Shown here in pieces: positions 51,260-61,095 of a stretch of 64,000 bases of DNA; the stretch's first letter is position 1, and each line of letters opens with the position of its first letter. The stretch lies in IMG/VR virus record IMGVR_UViG_3300047539_000055; one strand, given 5' to 3'. The notes below the pieces were generated by a model that saw only the letters and a program-made list of their open reading frames with translations, ran no database searches and had not been told where the DNA came from. The stretch is from a virus. Its lineage: Duplodnaviria; Caudoviricetes. The translations under genes were made by a program, and so were the position numbers.

Positions 51260-51910
51260 ATGCTTTTGGTAGGTGACATTCACGGTCATTTGGATTCGTT
51301 CAGGCGGAAAATGAAGAAATTTCGCAAGGAATTTCCAAACGATACTGTGGTACAAGTCGGTGATTTGGGAATAGGTTTTCCGAAGTCGCAAAGTGCTGTT
51401 CTGCCAGAGCATTGCAGGTTCATTCGTGGAAATCACGACAATCCGGCAGTGTGCAGAGTTCATCCAAATTACTTGGGTGATTTTGGAAGTGCAGAAATTG
51501 ATGGTCACTCGGTTTTCTTTGTGAGTGGTGCATGGTCTATTGATAGAGCCTTGCGTATTGAAGGTGTTGATTGGTGGTCGGAAGAGGAATTAACAATTGC
51601 TGAATTGAATACAGCATTGGACGCATACATTGAAGCGAAGCCAGAAATTATGATTACGCATGATGCTCCGCATCCAGCGTCTCATTATTTGTTGAATCGT
51701 TTTGCTCTGCAATCTCAGGCATGGTATAAAGAATCGTCTGTGAATCCAACAAGAACTGGGCAAGCGTTATCGGCAATGTTTGAGGCGTATCAACCAAAGC
51801 AATGGTTTTTTGGCCACTGGCACACCGATTGGGAAAAGCAAATTGGAAACACTCGGTTTTTGTGTCTCAATGAATTGAGTTTTAAACACGTTGACGAACC
51901 AGAAAGGTAA
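51260..51910 (+). CDS. Calcineurin-like metallophosphoesterase
   Basis: GDIHG, GDLG, GNHD, THDAP, FGHWH. Confidence 0.9.
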   Translation: MLLVGDIHGHLDSFRRKMKKFRKEFPNDTVVQVGDLGIGFPKSQSAVLPEHCRFIRGNHDNPAVCRVHPNYLGDFGSAEIDGHSVFFVSGAWSIDRALRIEGVDWWSEEELTIAELNTALDAYIEAKPEIMITHDAPHPASHYLLNRFALQSQAWYKESSVNPTRTGQALSAMFEAYQPKQWFFGHWHTDWEKQIGNTRFLCLNELSFKHVDEPER

Positions 51911-52496
51911 GTATGTTAACTCGCATAGTTTTAATCATTTTGTGTTGTCTCTATTTCAGAGAAAGGGAAAGACGAGAAAAAGTAAGTCACAGAGGAAAGA
52001 TGTATTTGTGGGTTTTTCTTATTCTACTTTTTACTCCGAGTCCAATTTAAGAAAGGGAAATATGAAAAATCCTAGTAAGAAATTTAATAAGCCTGTTGGA
52101 TATGTGGCACGAGTTAATTTGCCAAAGGGATATACAAATCAATACCCTTTTGAAGATGGAGAAACGGTTTTTGTTTTTGGTGAAATTTATCTTATGCCAG
52201 AACATTGTGTCGTAGCAACTAGGGATGGAAAAGTTTTGTGGGGATATCACACAGAGCATTTCATTCCACTAACCGAAGACGAACTTTAGAAAGGAAAATA
52301 TGGCAAGCAAAATTCGTAAACCTGGAAAGTTTAGTAAGGTCACAGCAGTAAAGTTGAACGCTCGTGATCAAGTGGGTACGCCTAAAGCGTCCTTCGCAAT
52401 TACACCAAAAAACCAGCGTGAGCCGCGTTACAAGGAATCGTGGCAGGATTACGCTGATTCTGAATTTGAAGACTTGAAGGAAGATTTGGAAAAGTT

Positions 52497-53247
52497 ATGA
52501 TTACATGGCACGAATTAATTATAAATTTTGCCGAGATTTTTTCAATGCTTGGTGTAGGATGTTTATTATTAGGTACTTTTTATTTTGTGGGTACGCTTCC
52601 TACACGGATATTTAATTACCTTGAACGCAAAGAACAACTCAAGAAAGATTTTTTGAGAAAGTTGGAAAGCTAATATGAGGCACTGGAATATAAATGGTGC
52701 TGGGCGCTATTGGATATTATTATCGTGGTATACTGATCGTGAAAATTGGCCAGATGGCATTACAAAAAAATTCTTTACATCTGAGCAAGAAGCCATCGCG
52801 GTAATGGTTTTGGAAAAGTTGGAAAGCTGATGATCACGCAAGAACATATTATAATGACGCTGGCAATAGTTGAAGCCATTACATATTTCATAATTTTGTA
52901 TAGATTGGAAAGAGAATGAAATCATTTATATATGGTATAGAACTTATTGGTTTGGCTGTTGTATGGTCTGTATCTATAACAGCATTTGTTTTTGGCTGGC
53001 TGTATTTTTGGACGAATAAAGTTCCAATGTGGATAGATAATTATTTTGGTAAAAAAGAAAAACTCAAGCAAGATTTTTTGAGGAAATTGGAAAGTTAATT
53101 ATGAATTTTTATGACAAACTCGTAACTATTTTTTTGATTCTAGCATTTACGCTTGTTCAACTTGAAGACTTGCGTTGGAAACGAGAACTACGAAAATTTA
53201 AACAACAAAAAGAAGGCGAAGATTTTTTGAAAAAGTTGGAGAGCTAA
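52497..53247 (+). repeat. Cluster of short ORFs all ending L(R/E/K)KLES
   Basis: ORFs 52497-52673, 52675-52830, 52916-53098, 53101-53247. Confidence 0.75.
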
Positions 53248-54238
53248 TGGCAAATGATTTAAAAACTATTTCGTTACCTGATACAATAGGTGTTCCGCTT
53301 AAAGTGGATGATTGGGTTGTATATGCAACAGATGTATTCAATGGTCAGCTACGTGTTGGACAAGTTGCCCGATTCAACGAGAAATCAATCATTGTTAAAC
53401 GAACAAGAGGAAAAAATGTTCGTTTGACAAGTTCACAACTTATCAAAGTTTCAGAAGAACAATTGACACTCTACTAGTTTTCATTATAAATCAATTTTGG
53501 TTTATGACCATACTAGTTGACAAACCCACTAAATAAGAGTAGAATAGAGTAGTAGTCAAAAGTGGGGTGTGAAATGGCGCGATGGTTTGAAGATGAAATT
53601 GCTGATAAGATTCGCACTGCCGAAAATCATGTAATCCTAATTCCTGCGCAAAATCCTGACGCTGGTATTGATATGGTTGATGTGTATGATGGAGTGACAG
53701 GGAAATTTATCGCGGCTGATGTTCCCGAATCGCCAGCGCGAGAGTTCGTTATCATTTGGAATGAATTGGTTGATGCTGGTGACAATACTGAATCTGTAAA
53801 GAAACTCAATCTTGAATGGCTCATTCAAAGCAGAAAGAGATATGGTTGCTAATGAAAAAGCTGAAAACGGAAAATTTTGCAAAATGCTCAATGGCGTTAG
53901 ATTTTATTGACGGATTGAAAAAGAAAAACAAAAAGTGCGAAGGGTATCTAAATTGCACTTCAAATAAAGATTATAGCAAAGTTGAATGGCACGTAACCTA
54001 TAATCCTGAACTTTTGAAAGTTGTAGAAAGGAAGACATAAATGTTTGATAAAGAAGTAAAAGTTGGCGATACGATTTTATTGCAAGGTGATAACGGAGTG
54101 GTAGAAGCTAAAATTCTTAAATGTTCTGCTAATTACAAAGCAGTATTAGTAAGATTTGTAGCAAAGGGATTTTTTGCCCGTCCACAAACCGATATATGGA
54201 AAGAAACTTGCTATATACTTGATTTAGTAAAAGATTGA

Positions 54239-54634
54239 CTATAGAGAAAAGAACTGATTTTCAAAAGTAAATTTTTCTTGAATTTGTTGAGGATTGTATC
54301 GTCCATTTCTTAGCGTAACTTTTTTGTATTCGGCAAGTATTAATTCTGCCCTACGTTTCTTTTTTGGTTCTAATAAAAATGGAGTAATTTGTTCTAAGCA
54401 AGATATGGCAGCATCATAATGAAGTTTCCAAGACCATGATGGTTTGTGATGTTTCTTGTAAATTTTATGTGAACTAATAGAACCACCAAAAGTGGTTTTC
54501 ATAAATTGTAATAGTTCGTAAGTAGTATTTGATATTTCAATAACTGGGTGACGAAAGGTTTCGTTTTTGTTTGCTTTTAAAAGCGAAATACTTCCCTCAC
54601 CATCAATTAAACCAGCAGCGTAAGCATTTTTCAT
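54239..54634 (-). CDS. Single-motif LAGLIDADG homing endonuclease
   Basis: YAAGLIDGEGSI; ..P.L..KK.RA; late promoter CTAAATA upstream. Confidence 0.88.
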   Translation of the reverse strand: MKNAYAAGLIDGEGSISLLKANKNETFRHPVIEISNTTYELLQFMKTTFGGSISSHKIYKKHHKPSWSWKLHYDAAISCLEQITPFLLEPKKKRRAELILAEYKKVTLRNGRYNPQQIQEKFTFENQFFSL

Positions 54635-54696
54635 AAATGTTCTCCGTTGTATTTAGCCGAACAAGTGGTATTTATACCCCTTGTCCTAAAATAAAA

Positions 54697-55036
54697 AGCT
54701 TAACAGTCGAAAGACTGAAACGCTCGTGAAAGGAGACAACCTCTATATATATTCGGACGTGACTAGCATTATGTCACCGGATCCACCAAATTTTTGATTT
54801 ATGTTTAGACACGAATTGTCTATACGGGTCCGACAAGATTCGACGGGTATATAAACGGGAAGTTACGAGCCAGGTTGTGGTACTCGCCCCTGTAAAAAGG
54901 AGAGAACTATTTATAATCGCTAACTCTGTTAACGATGGCACGGAAGTTTACACACACAGTGTAAAAATCCGTGTGCCAGTAATGGCGTAAGCCAGTACTC
55001 CGCAGCGTGGCCCCGACTGTGTAAAAGAAACGGGGC
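54697..55036 (+). ncRNA. ssrA: Circularly permuted (two-piece) tmRNA
   Basis: 3' acceptor half GAC-GTGAC/GTCAC-CGGATCC-ACCA (ends 54788) lies upstream of 5' half GGGTCCGA..GATTCGAC (starts 54826); G3-U70; tag frame 54919-54990 ANSVNDGTEVYTHSVKIRVPVMA*; outer ends approximate. Confidence 0.85.
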
Positions 55037-55046
55037 AACTACTTTT

Positions 55047-56057
55047 ATGAAACGAGAAATCACATTCGAAATTAAAAAATATGAGCAGTTTTTCAATAAT
55101 CAGTGGATTGTTTGGAAAATTGATAACGCCGCTTCAGATCGGGAATTTCTTGGAAGATTTGACACCGAGCAACTAGCAGAACAATTTGTAATGTTGAAAA
55201 AGTTGGAACAATGAATCTTTCCGAAATGAAATTACCGATTATCAATAAAGTTTTTTCGGAACTGATCTTTGCTGATATTTATGGTATACAACCAATGACA
55301 AAATTAGTGGGAACAAAAATAACGTATCATTGGAGCATTAAGGGGTATGAACATCAATGGATGCTTATACGAGAAGAAATTCATCCAATATTTTCATTGT
55401 TAAGTCCAATGCCAATTTATAGAATATTTGACACCGAGCAAGAAGCAATTGAAGCGATGGTTTTAGAAAAGTTGGAATACTAATGTCAACGATACCGCAG
55501 GGCAATCAGAGAATTTCAGTAGCGTTTGGTAATCAGGGAAATGTTGCTGGCGCAATAATTACTTCTGCTGGAAGTGCATGTGTTTCACTAGGACCGCAAG
55601 GTAATCAAGGGCCACAAGGTGCGGTTGCAGTAAACATAAGCAGTAGAAAACACTGGCGTATTGAATTTAGAAAAGCACATTTTTTAAAACGATTGTGGGA
55701 TAAAGGTTATTGGGTTTTAAAAACTTGGTATGAATATGATCATGATGGTTCACCGTACATATATCCTTCATATATCTTTAATGATCAAACCAGAACTTTT
55801 GCCACAGAACAAGAAGCAATCAATGTTCAAGTATTAGAACAGTTGGAACAATAATGGAACGCGAATTTGCAAGGCCAGTCGATGATAGACTTAACAAAAT
55901 ATTTTATGAAATTCACCCGACTAAGTTTGCGTTTTGTAGAAACTGGCAATGGCAGTTGAATATATATCACGGTTTGAATGGTGGACTTAGACGATATTTG
56001 TTTAGAACAGAAGAACAAGCCGAACAATATGCAATGTTGAAAAAATTAGAAGAATAA
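55047..56057 (+). repeat. Four ORFs sharing C-terminal F.TE(Q/E).A.....L(K/E)(K/Q)LE motif
   Basis: ORFs 55047-55214, 55211-55483, 55483-55854, 55854-56057. Confidence 0.8.
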
Positions 56058-56071
56058 GAAAGTAGAAATAA

Positions 56072-56629
56072 ATGAAAATCCAATTTTTAGATTGTGAAAT
56101 GCTCTGTTGGGAAAATGGCATTGCACCGCAAGGGCAGACAAATCATATTATTCAAATCGGAATTGCAGAAGTCTCCACGGATACTTTGACAATCACGCGC
56201 AGTAAAAACTATTACATTCGTCCATCCAATCGTGATTTTGACTTGACTGATTACTGTCAGGATTTGACAGGAATTTCTAAATCATTGTTGGTTGATGAAG
56301 GTCACTACTTTCCAGAAGTTATGCAGTCCATCAAGAAACAATTTGGTGGCAATACGCCGACCTTTGCATGGGGAGATGATTATCGTCCTATTATGGAACA
56401 TTGTTTAATTTACGATGTTTCTAATCCTTGGTTAGAAATGGGAATTGATGATTTTGGTATATTATTTCGCGGTTTTTATAATATTCAGAAAAAACTTCCA
56501 CTTAAAACAGCGTTGGATAGATTACATTTGAAATTTGAAGGTTGCCCTCACAACGCAATCAATGATGCAGTTGCCTTATCCGCACTCTATATGGAAACTT
56601 GCAAGAGAGTTAGAGTCAATAAAATTTAA
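56072..56629 (+). CDS. DEDDh 3'-5' exonuclease (ERI-1/KapD-like)
   Basis: LDCE, IIQIG, LTGI, WG.D, H.A..DA. Confidence 0.85.
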   Translation: MKIQFLDCEMLCWENGIAPQGQTNHIIQIGIAEVSTDTLTITRSKNYYIRPSNRDFDLTDYCQDLTGISKSLLVDEGHYFPEVMQSIKKQFGGNTPTFAWGDDYRPIMEHCLIYDVSNPWLEMGIDDFGILFRGFYNIQKKLPLKTALDRLHLKFEGCPHNAINDAVALSALYMETCKRVRVNKI

Positions 56630-56763
56630 GTGGAAATTTAAGGGAATCCCAACCTACAAATTCTGTAGTGATGAAATAGACCTTCGTTGGGTAAAACAGC
56701 TTGCAGATATGGTTGCAAGATAACCAATGATATAAGTAGTCATACCGTTTGGTACTCATGCGC

Positions 56764-57564
56764 TCAATAGCAATGATTTGAGAGGCGGCAAAATTCCGAA
56801 GTGGCATAAGGGAAATCTTCGGCTACAGATAATTTTGATTTGCAACGTTTCAAATGAAGAGTCATATTTTTATGAAAACACTCTTTTTGACAATATTTAC
56901 ATTTTTCGCGGGAGCGAGGACTTTGAACCATACCTAATTGTCTTTTTCTTTCCCAAGTATCTTTTTTCTTTTTAATGGCTTGCGCAGAAGCACAATTATT
57001 CATTGTACCGTTTTTCTTCTTAGTGGCTAAAATTTTAGCAATAATATTTGTATTATTTTCAGTTGTTCCATTTGCTCTTTTAGTTGCTAAAATTTTTTGA
57101 ACTACTAATGGAGTAAGAACATTTAGTGTACCATTTAATTTCTTTGTAGTAAGTTGTTTCGCTATAATTAATGGAGAATCATTGTTCGTGCCGTTTTTCT
57201 TTTTAGTTTCTTTACATTTCTTGATTTCTTCTTGAGTTATGGAACGACCACTATTGCCATCACCGCCCACAGTTCTATTTCTCAAACATCCAGTCCCCAA
57301 ATCAATACGACCAAATAATTGAATTAAATTTATTTCCAAGTCAAAGGAAACCAATTCTTTCATATGTTCGTATACAAATTGAATGCGATTCCGATCTTTT
57401 GGAACGGAAATTCCTTTTTGGTGTTTAGCAAATGCTCTATTGTCGAAACCTTTACCAATATAATATGGCGTCCCAGCTAATCCATTTATAGAGTCTTTTT
57501 CGCGCAGATACATATAGACATAGAATCTATTGTCTTGGTGAAATGTAATGGGATAAATATTCAT
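56764..57564 (-). CDS. Free-standing GIY-YIG-like homing endonuclease with TKKxNGT repeats
   Basis: FYVYMYLR..TPYYIGKG, GRIDLGTGCLRNRT.GGDG; paralogue of 32650-33288. Confidence 0.85.
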   Translation of the reverse strand: MNIYPITFHQDNRFYVYMYLREKDSINGLAGTPYYIGKGFDNRAFAKHQKGISVPKDRNRIQFVYEHMKELVSFDLEINLIQLFGRIDLGTGCLRNRTVGGDGNSGRSITQEEIKKCKETKKKNGTNNDSPLIIAKQLTTKKLNGTLNVLTPLVVQKILATKRANGTTENNTNIIAKILATKKKNGTMNNCASAQAIKKKKDTWERKRQLGMVQSPRSREKCKYCQKECFHKNMTLHLKRCKSKLSVAEDFPYATSEFCRLSNHCY

Positions 57565-57632
57565 AGCTGATCGCCTCCATTGGCATTAGAGCGATTGGGA
57601 ATTAGAGTTCCGTGAATCGCATTAGTATTTAT
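57553..57632 (+). ncRNA. Endonuclease-associated two-hairpin element, copy 3
   Basis: CTGAT(C)GCC-TCCATT-GGCATTAG-A-GCGATT-G-GGAA-loop-TTCC-GTG-AATCGC between inverted TAAATA. Confidence 0.75.
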
Positions 57633-57793
57633 CCCAAATAGGGAACTCCACGGCTGTAGATTACAAAAGTGGAAGAATAATATTACTATGGTAAATTACT
57701 ATGGTAATGTTGTTTTTCTACTTTTTGTATGTTACACTCTGTTTATGGCAACATCGTTGCCGAACTAAATTTACAAGAAAAGGAAAACAATTT

Positions 57794-58969
57794 ATGAATT
57801 TCTCATTGAAAACTGCGGTGTTTTTTCTTGCCGCTTTTGTATTAACTTGTCCTACTTCTGCATTTGCTTGGCCTACTTGCTCTGGTAATTGGGTTCAGGT
57901 TCCTACAGGAACTACGGGTACAGGTGCTTCTGGTACTGGTTATGGTGCCGTTGAAGTTGAAAGCGGTCAAACATGGCAATGTACCGCCATAACTACTCCA
58001 ACAACGGGTGGCGGTACAAATAACAATACTTCTACTTCTACTTCAAGTGCAAACGGCGGCAATTCTTCTTCCAGTGCTAATGGTGGAAATTCATCTGCAA
58101 CTGGTGGAACAGCCAATGGCGGTGCTGGTGGTAAGGGTGGTGCTGGTGGTTCAGCGACAGGTGGTACGGGCACTGGTGGTTCAGCTACAGGTGGAACAGC
58201 CAATGGTACAAACACGCTCAACGGCGGTGCAACAACATCTTCGGCCAATGGAACAAACACCCTCAATGCTGGTTCAACAACAGCTACCGGTGGAACGGCC
58301 AATGGTGGAACAACTACATCCAGTGGTGGTAATTCTAAAAATGCTAACAAGAATACCAACACTGCCGCTGGTGGTACAGGTGGTACTGGCGGAACTTCAA
58401 CAGTAACTTCTGCAAATACAAACGCTAACACAGCGAATGGTGGTGCAGGTGGTACTGCAAACCAAAGCCAACAACAGTCAAACAATAGTACTGGCAATAG
58501 CACATCATTGAATTCAACTTATAATGAAGTTCGTCAAACTCCGTTGGCATATGCACCAGATGCTATTCCAACTGCTCCATGTATCAAGAGTTATGGTGCG
58601 GGTGCTTCTGGCCCAATGTTTGGTGCTTCATTCGGCGGCGGTAAGATTGATAAAGGTTGCGATGCTCGTGAAACTGCGCGTTCATTTGCTCTCTTGCATA
58701 ATTTTACAGCAGCGGCAAAAATTCTTTGTCAGACAGATGCGGCAAAACGCGCTGGCTTAACTTTGGATGATTGCTTGGCAATTATCACTCCAGTAGTTCC
58801 AGTGACTATTAGAGAAGTTCCAGCAGTGACACCAACTCCGGTGGCATCAGTAACACCAGTAACAGTAGAAACTCCTGCTCCTACTCCTGCTCCGCAGATT
58901 GTAGACGCACCAGTAACTCCTGTGACTCCTGTGAAGTCTGTCTATCCAGAAAAAAAGATTAGTCAATAA
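57794..58969 (+). CDS. Secreted Gly/Thr/Asn-rich low-complexity protein with Cys-containing C-terminal domain
   Basis: Signal peptide ending AFA; GGTANG repeats; Pro/Thr tail. Confidence 0.7.
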   Translation: MNFSLKTAVFFLAAFVLTCPTSAFAWPTCSGNWVQVPTGTTGTGASGTGYGAVEVESGQTWQCTAITTPTTGGGTNNNTSTSTSSANGGNSSSSANGGNSSATGGTANGGAGGKGGAGGSATGGTGTGGSATGGTANGTNTLNGGATTSSANGTNTLNAGSTTATGGTANGGTTTSSGGNSKNANKNTNTAAGGTGGTGGTSTVTSANTNANTANGGAGGTANQSQQQSNNSTGNSTSLNSTYNEVRQTPLAYAPDAIPTAPCIKSYGAGASGPMFGASFGGGKIDKGCDARETARSFALLHNFTAAAKILCQTDAAKRAGLTLDDCLAIITPVVPVTIREVPAVTPTPVASVTPVTVETPAPTPAPQIVDAPVTPVTPVKSVYPEKKISQ

Positions 58970-59316
58970 TGGTTGCACTAATTATACTCTCGTCGGCGCT
59001 AATTTGCTTTCAAGGCCAATGCCATCATGCATTGGTCGGAAGCGACACGCCGACAGGAGTTTTTTCAGTTGTTCATATGCTTACTGATCAACCTGGTTAT
59101 GGTGGTGATGTTTTAGTTTTCGCACAAACAAAAACAACTGTATTCGCAATTCATCGTGTGTGGCTTCGTATTCCAACACAACACCGAGCGGAAAGACTCG
59201 CAAGCGATGATCCTATAGAAAGAAAAACTGTAACAAGAGGCTGTATAAATGTTGCTCCTGATATATATGATGAATTGCAAGACCTAACGACGGTGGAAAT
59301 ACGGCAAGACCCATAA
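58969..59316 (+). CDS. L,D-transpeptidase (YkuD)-like protein
   Basis: TPTG.F, FAIH, T.GCINV. Confidence 0.7.
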   Translation: MVALIILSSALICFQGQCHHALVGSDTPTGVFSVVHMLTDQPGYGGDVLVFAQTKTTVFAIHRVWLRIPTQHRAERLASDDPIERKTVTRGCINVAPDIYDELQDLTTVEIRQDP

Positions 59317-59327
59317 AACTGAGTTTC

Positions 59328-59454
59328 TAAAGTGTTGATTCTAAAGGGCAAAATTTCCGAATTTTGCCCTATTTGGCGTTATAAGGGGTCGGGTGGTATA
59401 ATGACATCATTTGACCTTGAAAGTCGCTTAAAACGTCAATCTGAGCCTCAAAAT
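59328..59454 (+). repeat. ~130 bp structured intergenic repeat, copy B
   Basis: Similar to 11799-11926. Confidence 0.75.
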
Positions 59455-59946
59455 AAGTAATATTTTGGTTGACTTTTGAATAAATTCTTGCTATACAATA
59501 TTTGTAGTTGAGAGGAATGAACGATATGACATTTCGTGAAGATACCGAAGCATTGGCGTCTATGATCATTAGAACAAAGGATTTACTCAATTTTTGGGTT
59601 AAGAACAGTGATGCTGATGGTATATGGAATAATGATTCAAAGGCTCAATTTGACACTCTTATGAATGCGTTTATGGTTGATGCTCTGTCATATCATATTG
59701 ATCTGGCTAGCCTAATTATGCATGATGCTGTTTCCGTTGCGCATTTGGAACGTGCTACCGATTTTACAAAGTTGGCAGTTTGGCCAAGAATGATTGACGA
59801 ATTGTATCCTTATTTGAAGGATGCCCAAGTAAGTTACTGAAAACAAAGGACAAAATAATTGAGATTTTGGTTGACAAACACGCCCAACTTTGGTATTCTA
59901 TATATGTTGGTAGGGAATACCAAACACTTTCAAGGAGAAATCACAG

Positions 59947-61059
59947 ATGGCTACAGTAACCATTATCAAGGGTTTTGGACGTGGTGGAAAGCTGATCAAG
60001 AATCAGACTTTTACCTTGCTCAAGGGTTTTGCTGTTGGCGGTAGGAGCGGTAAGGGGTTTATTACCGTTGATGGCACAAAGTTGTATGGATGCCCTTCCG
60101 CTCGTATCAAGGTCAAGTCCGAAAAGGATTTTGTCATCAATGGCGAATTGCCTGTAGGTAAGTCAAAGCCTCTTTCTGCCCGTCGCATTGCGGCTGACGC
60201 AAAGAAGGGTGAAGCAGTTTCCATGCTGGAAGACTCTTCCATTCCTGATGTTGAATCAAATGAAACAGATGAAGAAATTACCACACGAATCAGGAAGCGT
60301 TTTAGCACTCTGAATAAGTTGACAATGGGTGTTAGACGCGGTGATATTACATCTCTTTTTGTTACTGGTGCGCCAGGTGTTGGAAAAACTTATGGCGTCG
60401 AAGCAACTTTGAATGAGGCTGGTTTTCTTGCTGCTCTTGAAGATAACCCAAAGCGTTATGAAGTTGTTTCTGGTGCAATGACTCCCATTGGCCTTTATAT
60501 GAAGTTGTTTGAATATTGTGGGCCAAATGATGTTCTTGTGCTGGACGATTGCGATATGGTTTTCGCTGATGAAACTGCACTCAACATTCTCAAGGCTGCA
60601 TTGGACACTTCTAAGGTTCGCAAGATTTATTGGAATGTGGCTTCCAATGTTTTGAACAAGGCAGACGTTCCAAATTATTTTGTATTTGAAGGTTGTGTAA
60701 TCTTCATTTCAAATATCAACTTTCGCAAGGTTCGCAGTGAGCGTCTTCGTGGTCATTTGTCTGCTTTGATGTCTCGTTCACACTTCCTTGATTTGACTGT
60801 CCATACCTTCCGTGAGAAAATGCTTCGCATTGAAGATTTGGTTACGAATCACGATATGCTTGATCAGTTTGGTTTGAAGAAGTCCACTTGTAATGCGATG
60901 ATGGGATTTCTTCGCGAGAATGCCAAGGAGTTCAATGAACTTTCTTTGCGCTCTGTTATCAAGTTGGCTGGTCTTGCTAAGACTTGCGATGAAATCACAG
61001 AAGAATGGGAAGAAATCGCTCGTGAATCGTTGATGGGTAATCCACTGTCTTACGAATAA
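59947..61059 (+). CDS. AAA-type ATPase with small N-terminal domain
   Basis: Walker A GAPGVGKT, Walker B VLVLDD, FISN, SR; early promoter near 59871. Confidence 0.85.
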   Translation: MATVTIIKGFGRGGKLIKNQTFTLLKGFAVGGRSGKGFITVDGTKLYGCPSARIKVKSEKDFVINGELPVGKSKPLSARRIAADAKKGEAVSMLEDSSIPDVESNETDEEITTRIRKRFSTLNKLTMGVRRGDITSLFVTGAPGVGKTYGVEATLNEAGFLAALEDNPKRYEVVSGAMTPIGLYMKLFEYCGPNDVLVLDDCDMVFADETALNILKAALDTSKVRKIYWNVASNVLNKADVPNYFVFEGCVIFISNINFRKVRSERLRGHLSALMSRSHFLDLTVHTFREKMLRIEDLVTNHDMLDQFGLKKSTCNAMMGFLRENAKEFNELSLRSVIKLAGLAKTCDEITEEWEEIARESLMGNPLSYE

Positions 61060-61070
61060 TCTAAACACTT

Positions 61071-61095
61071 GGGTCAGTCGAGAGACTGACCCTTT
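61071..61095. terminator. Hairpin terminator between convergent genes
   Basis: GGGTCAGTC-GAGA-GACTGACCC-TTT. Confidence 0.7.

Noticed and set aside
54239-54634. LAGLIDADG gene as part of a group I intron in tmRNA
   Set aside because: Opposite strand, outside both tmRNA pieces, has its own late promoter, and no intron core recognised
57967-58503. 178-aa antisense Pro/Val/Ala-rich ORF
   Set aside because: Shadow of the Gly/Thr-rich gene on the + strand
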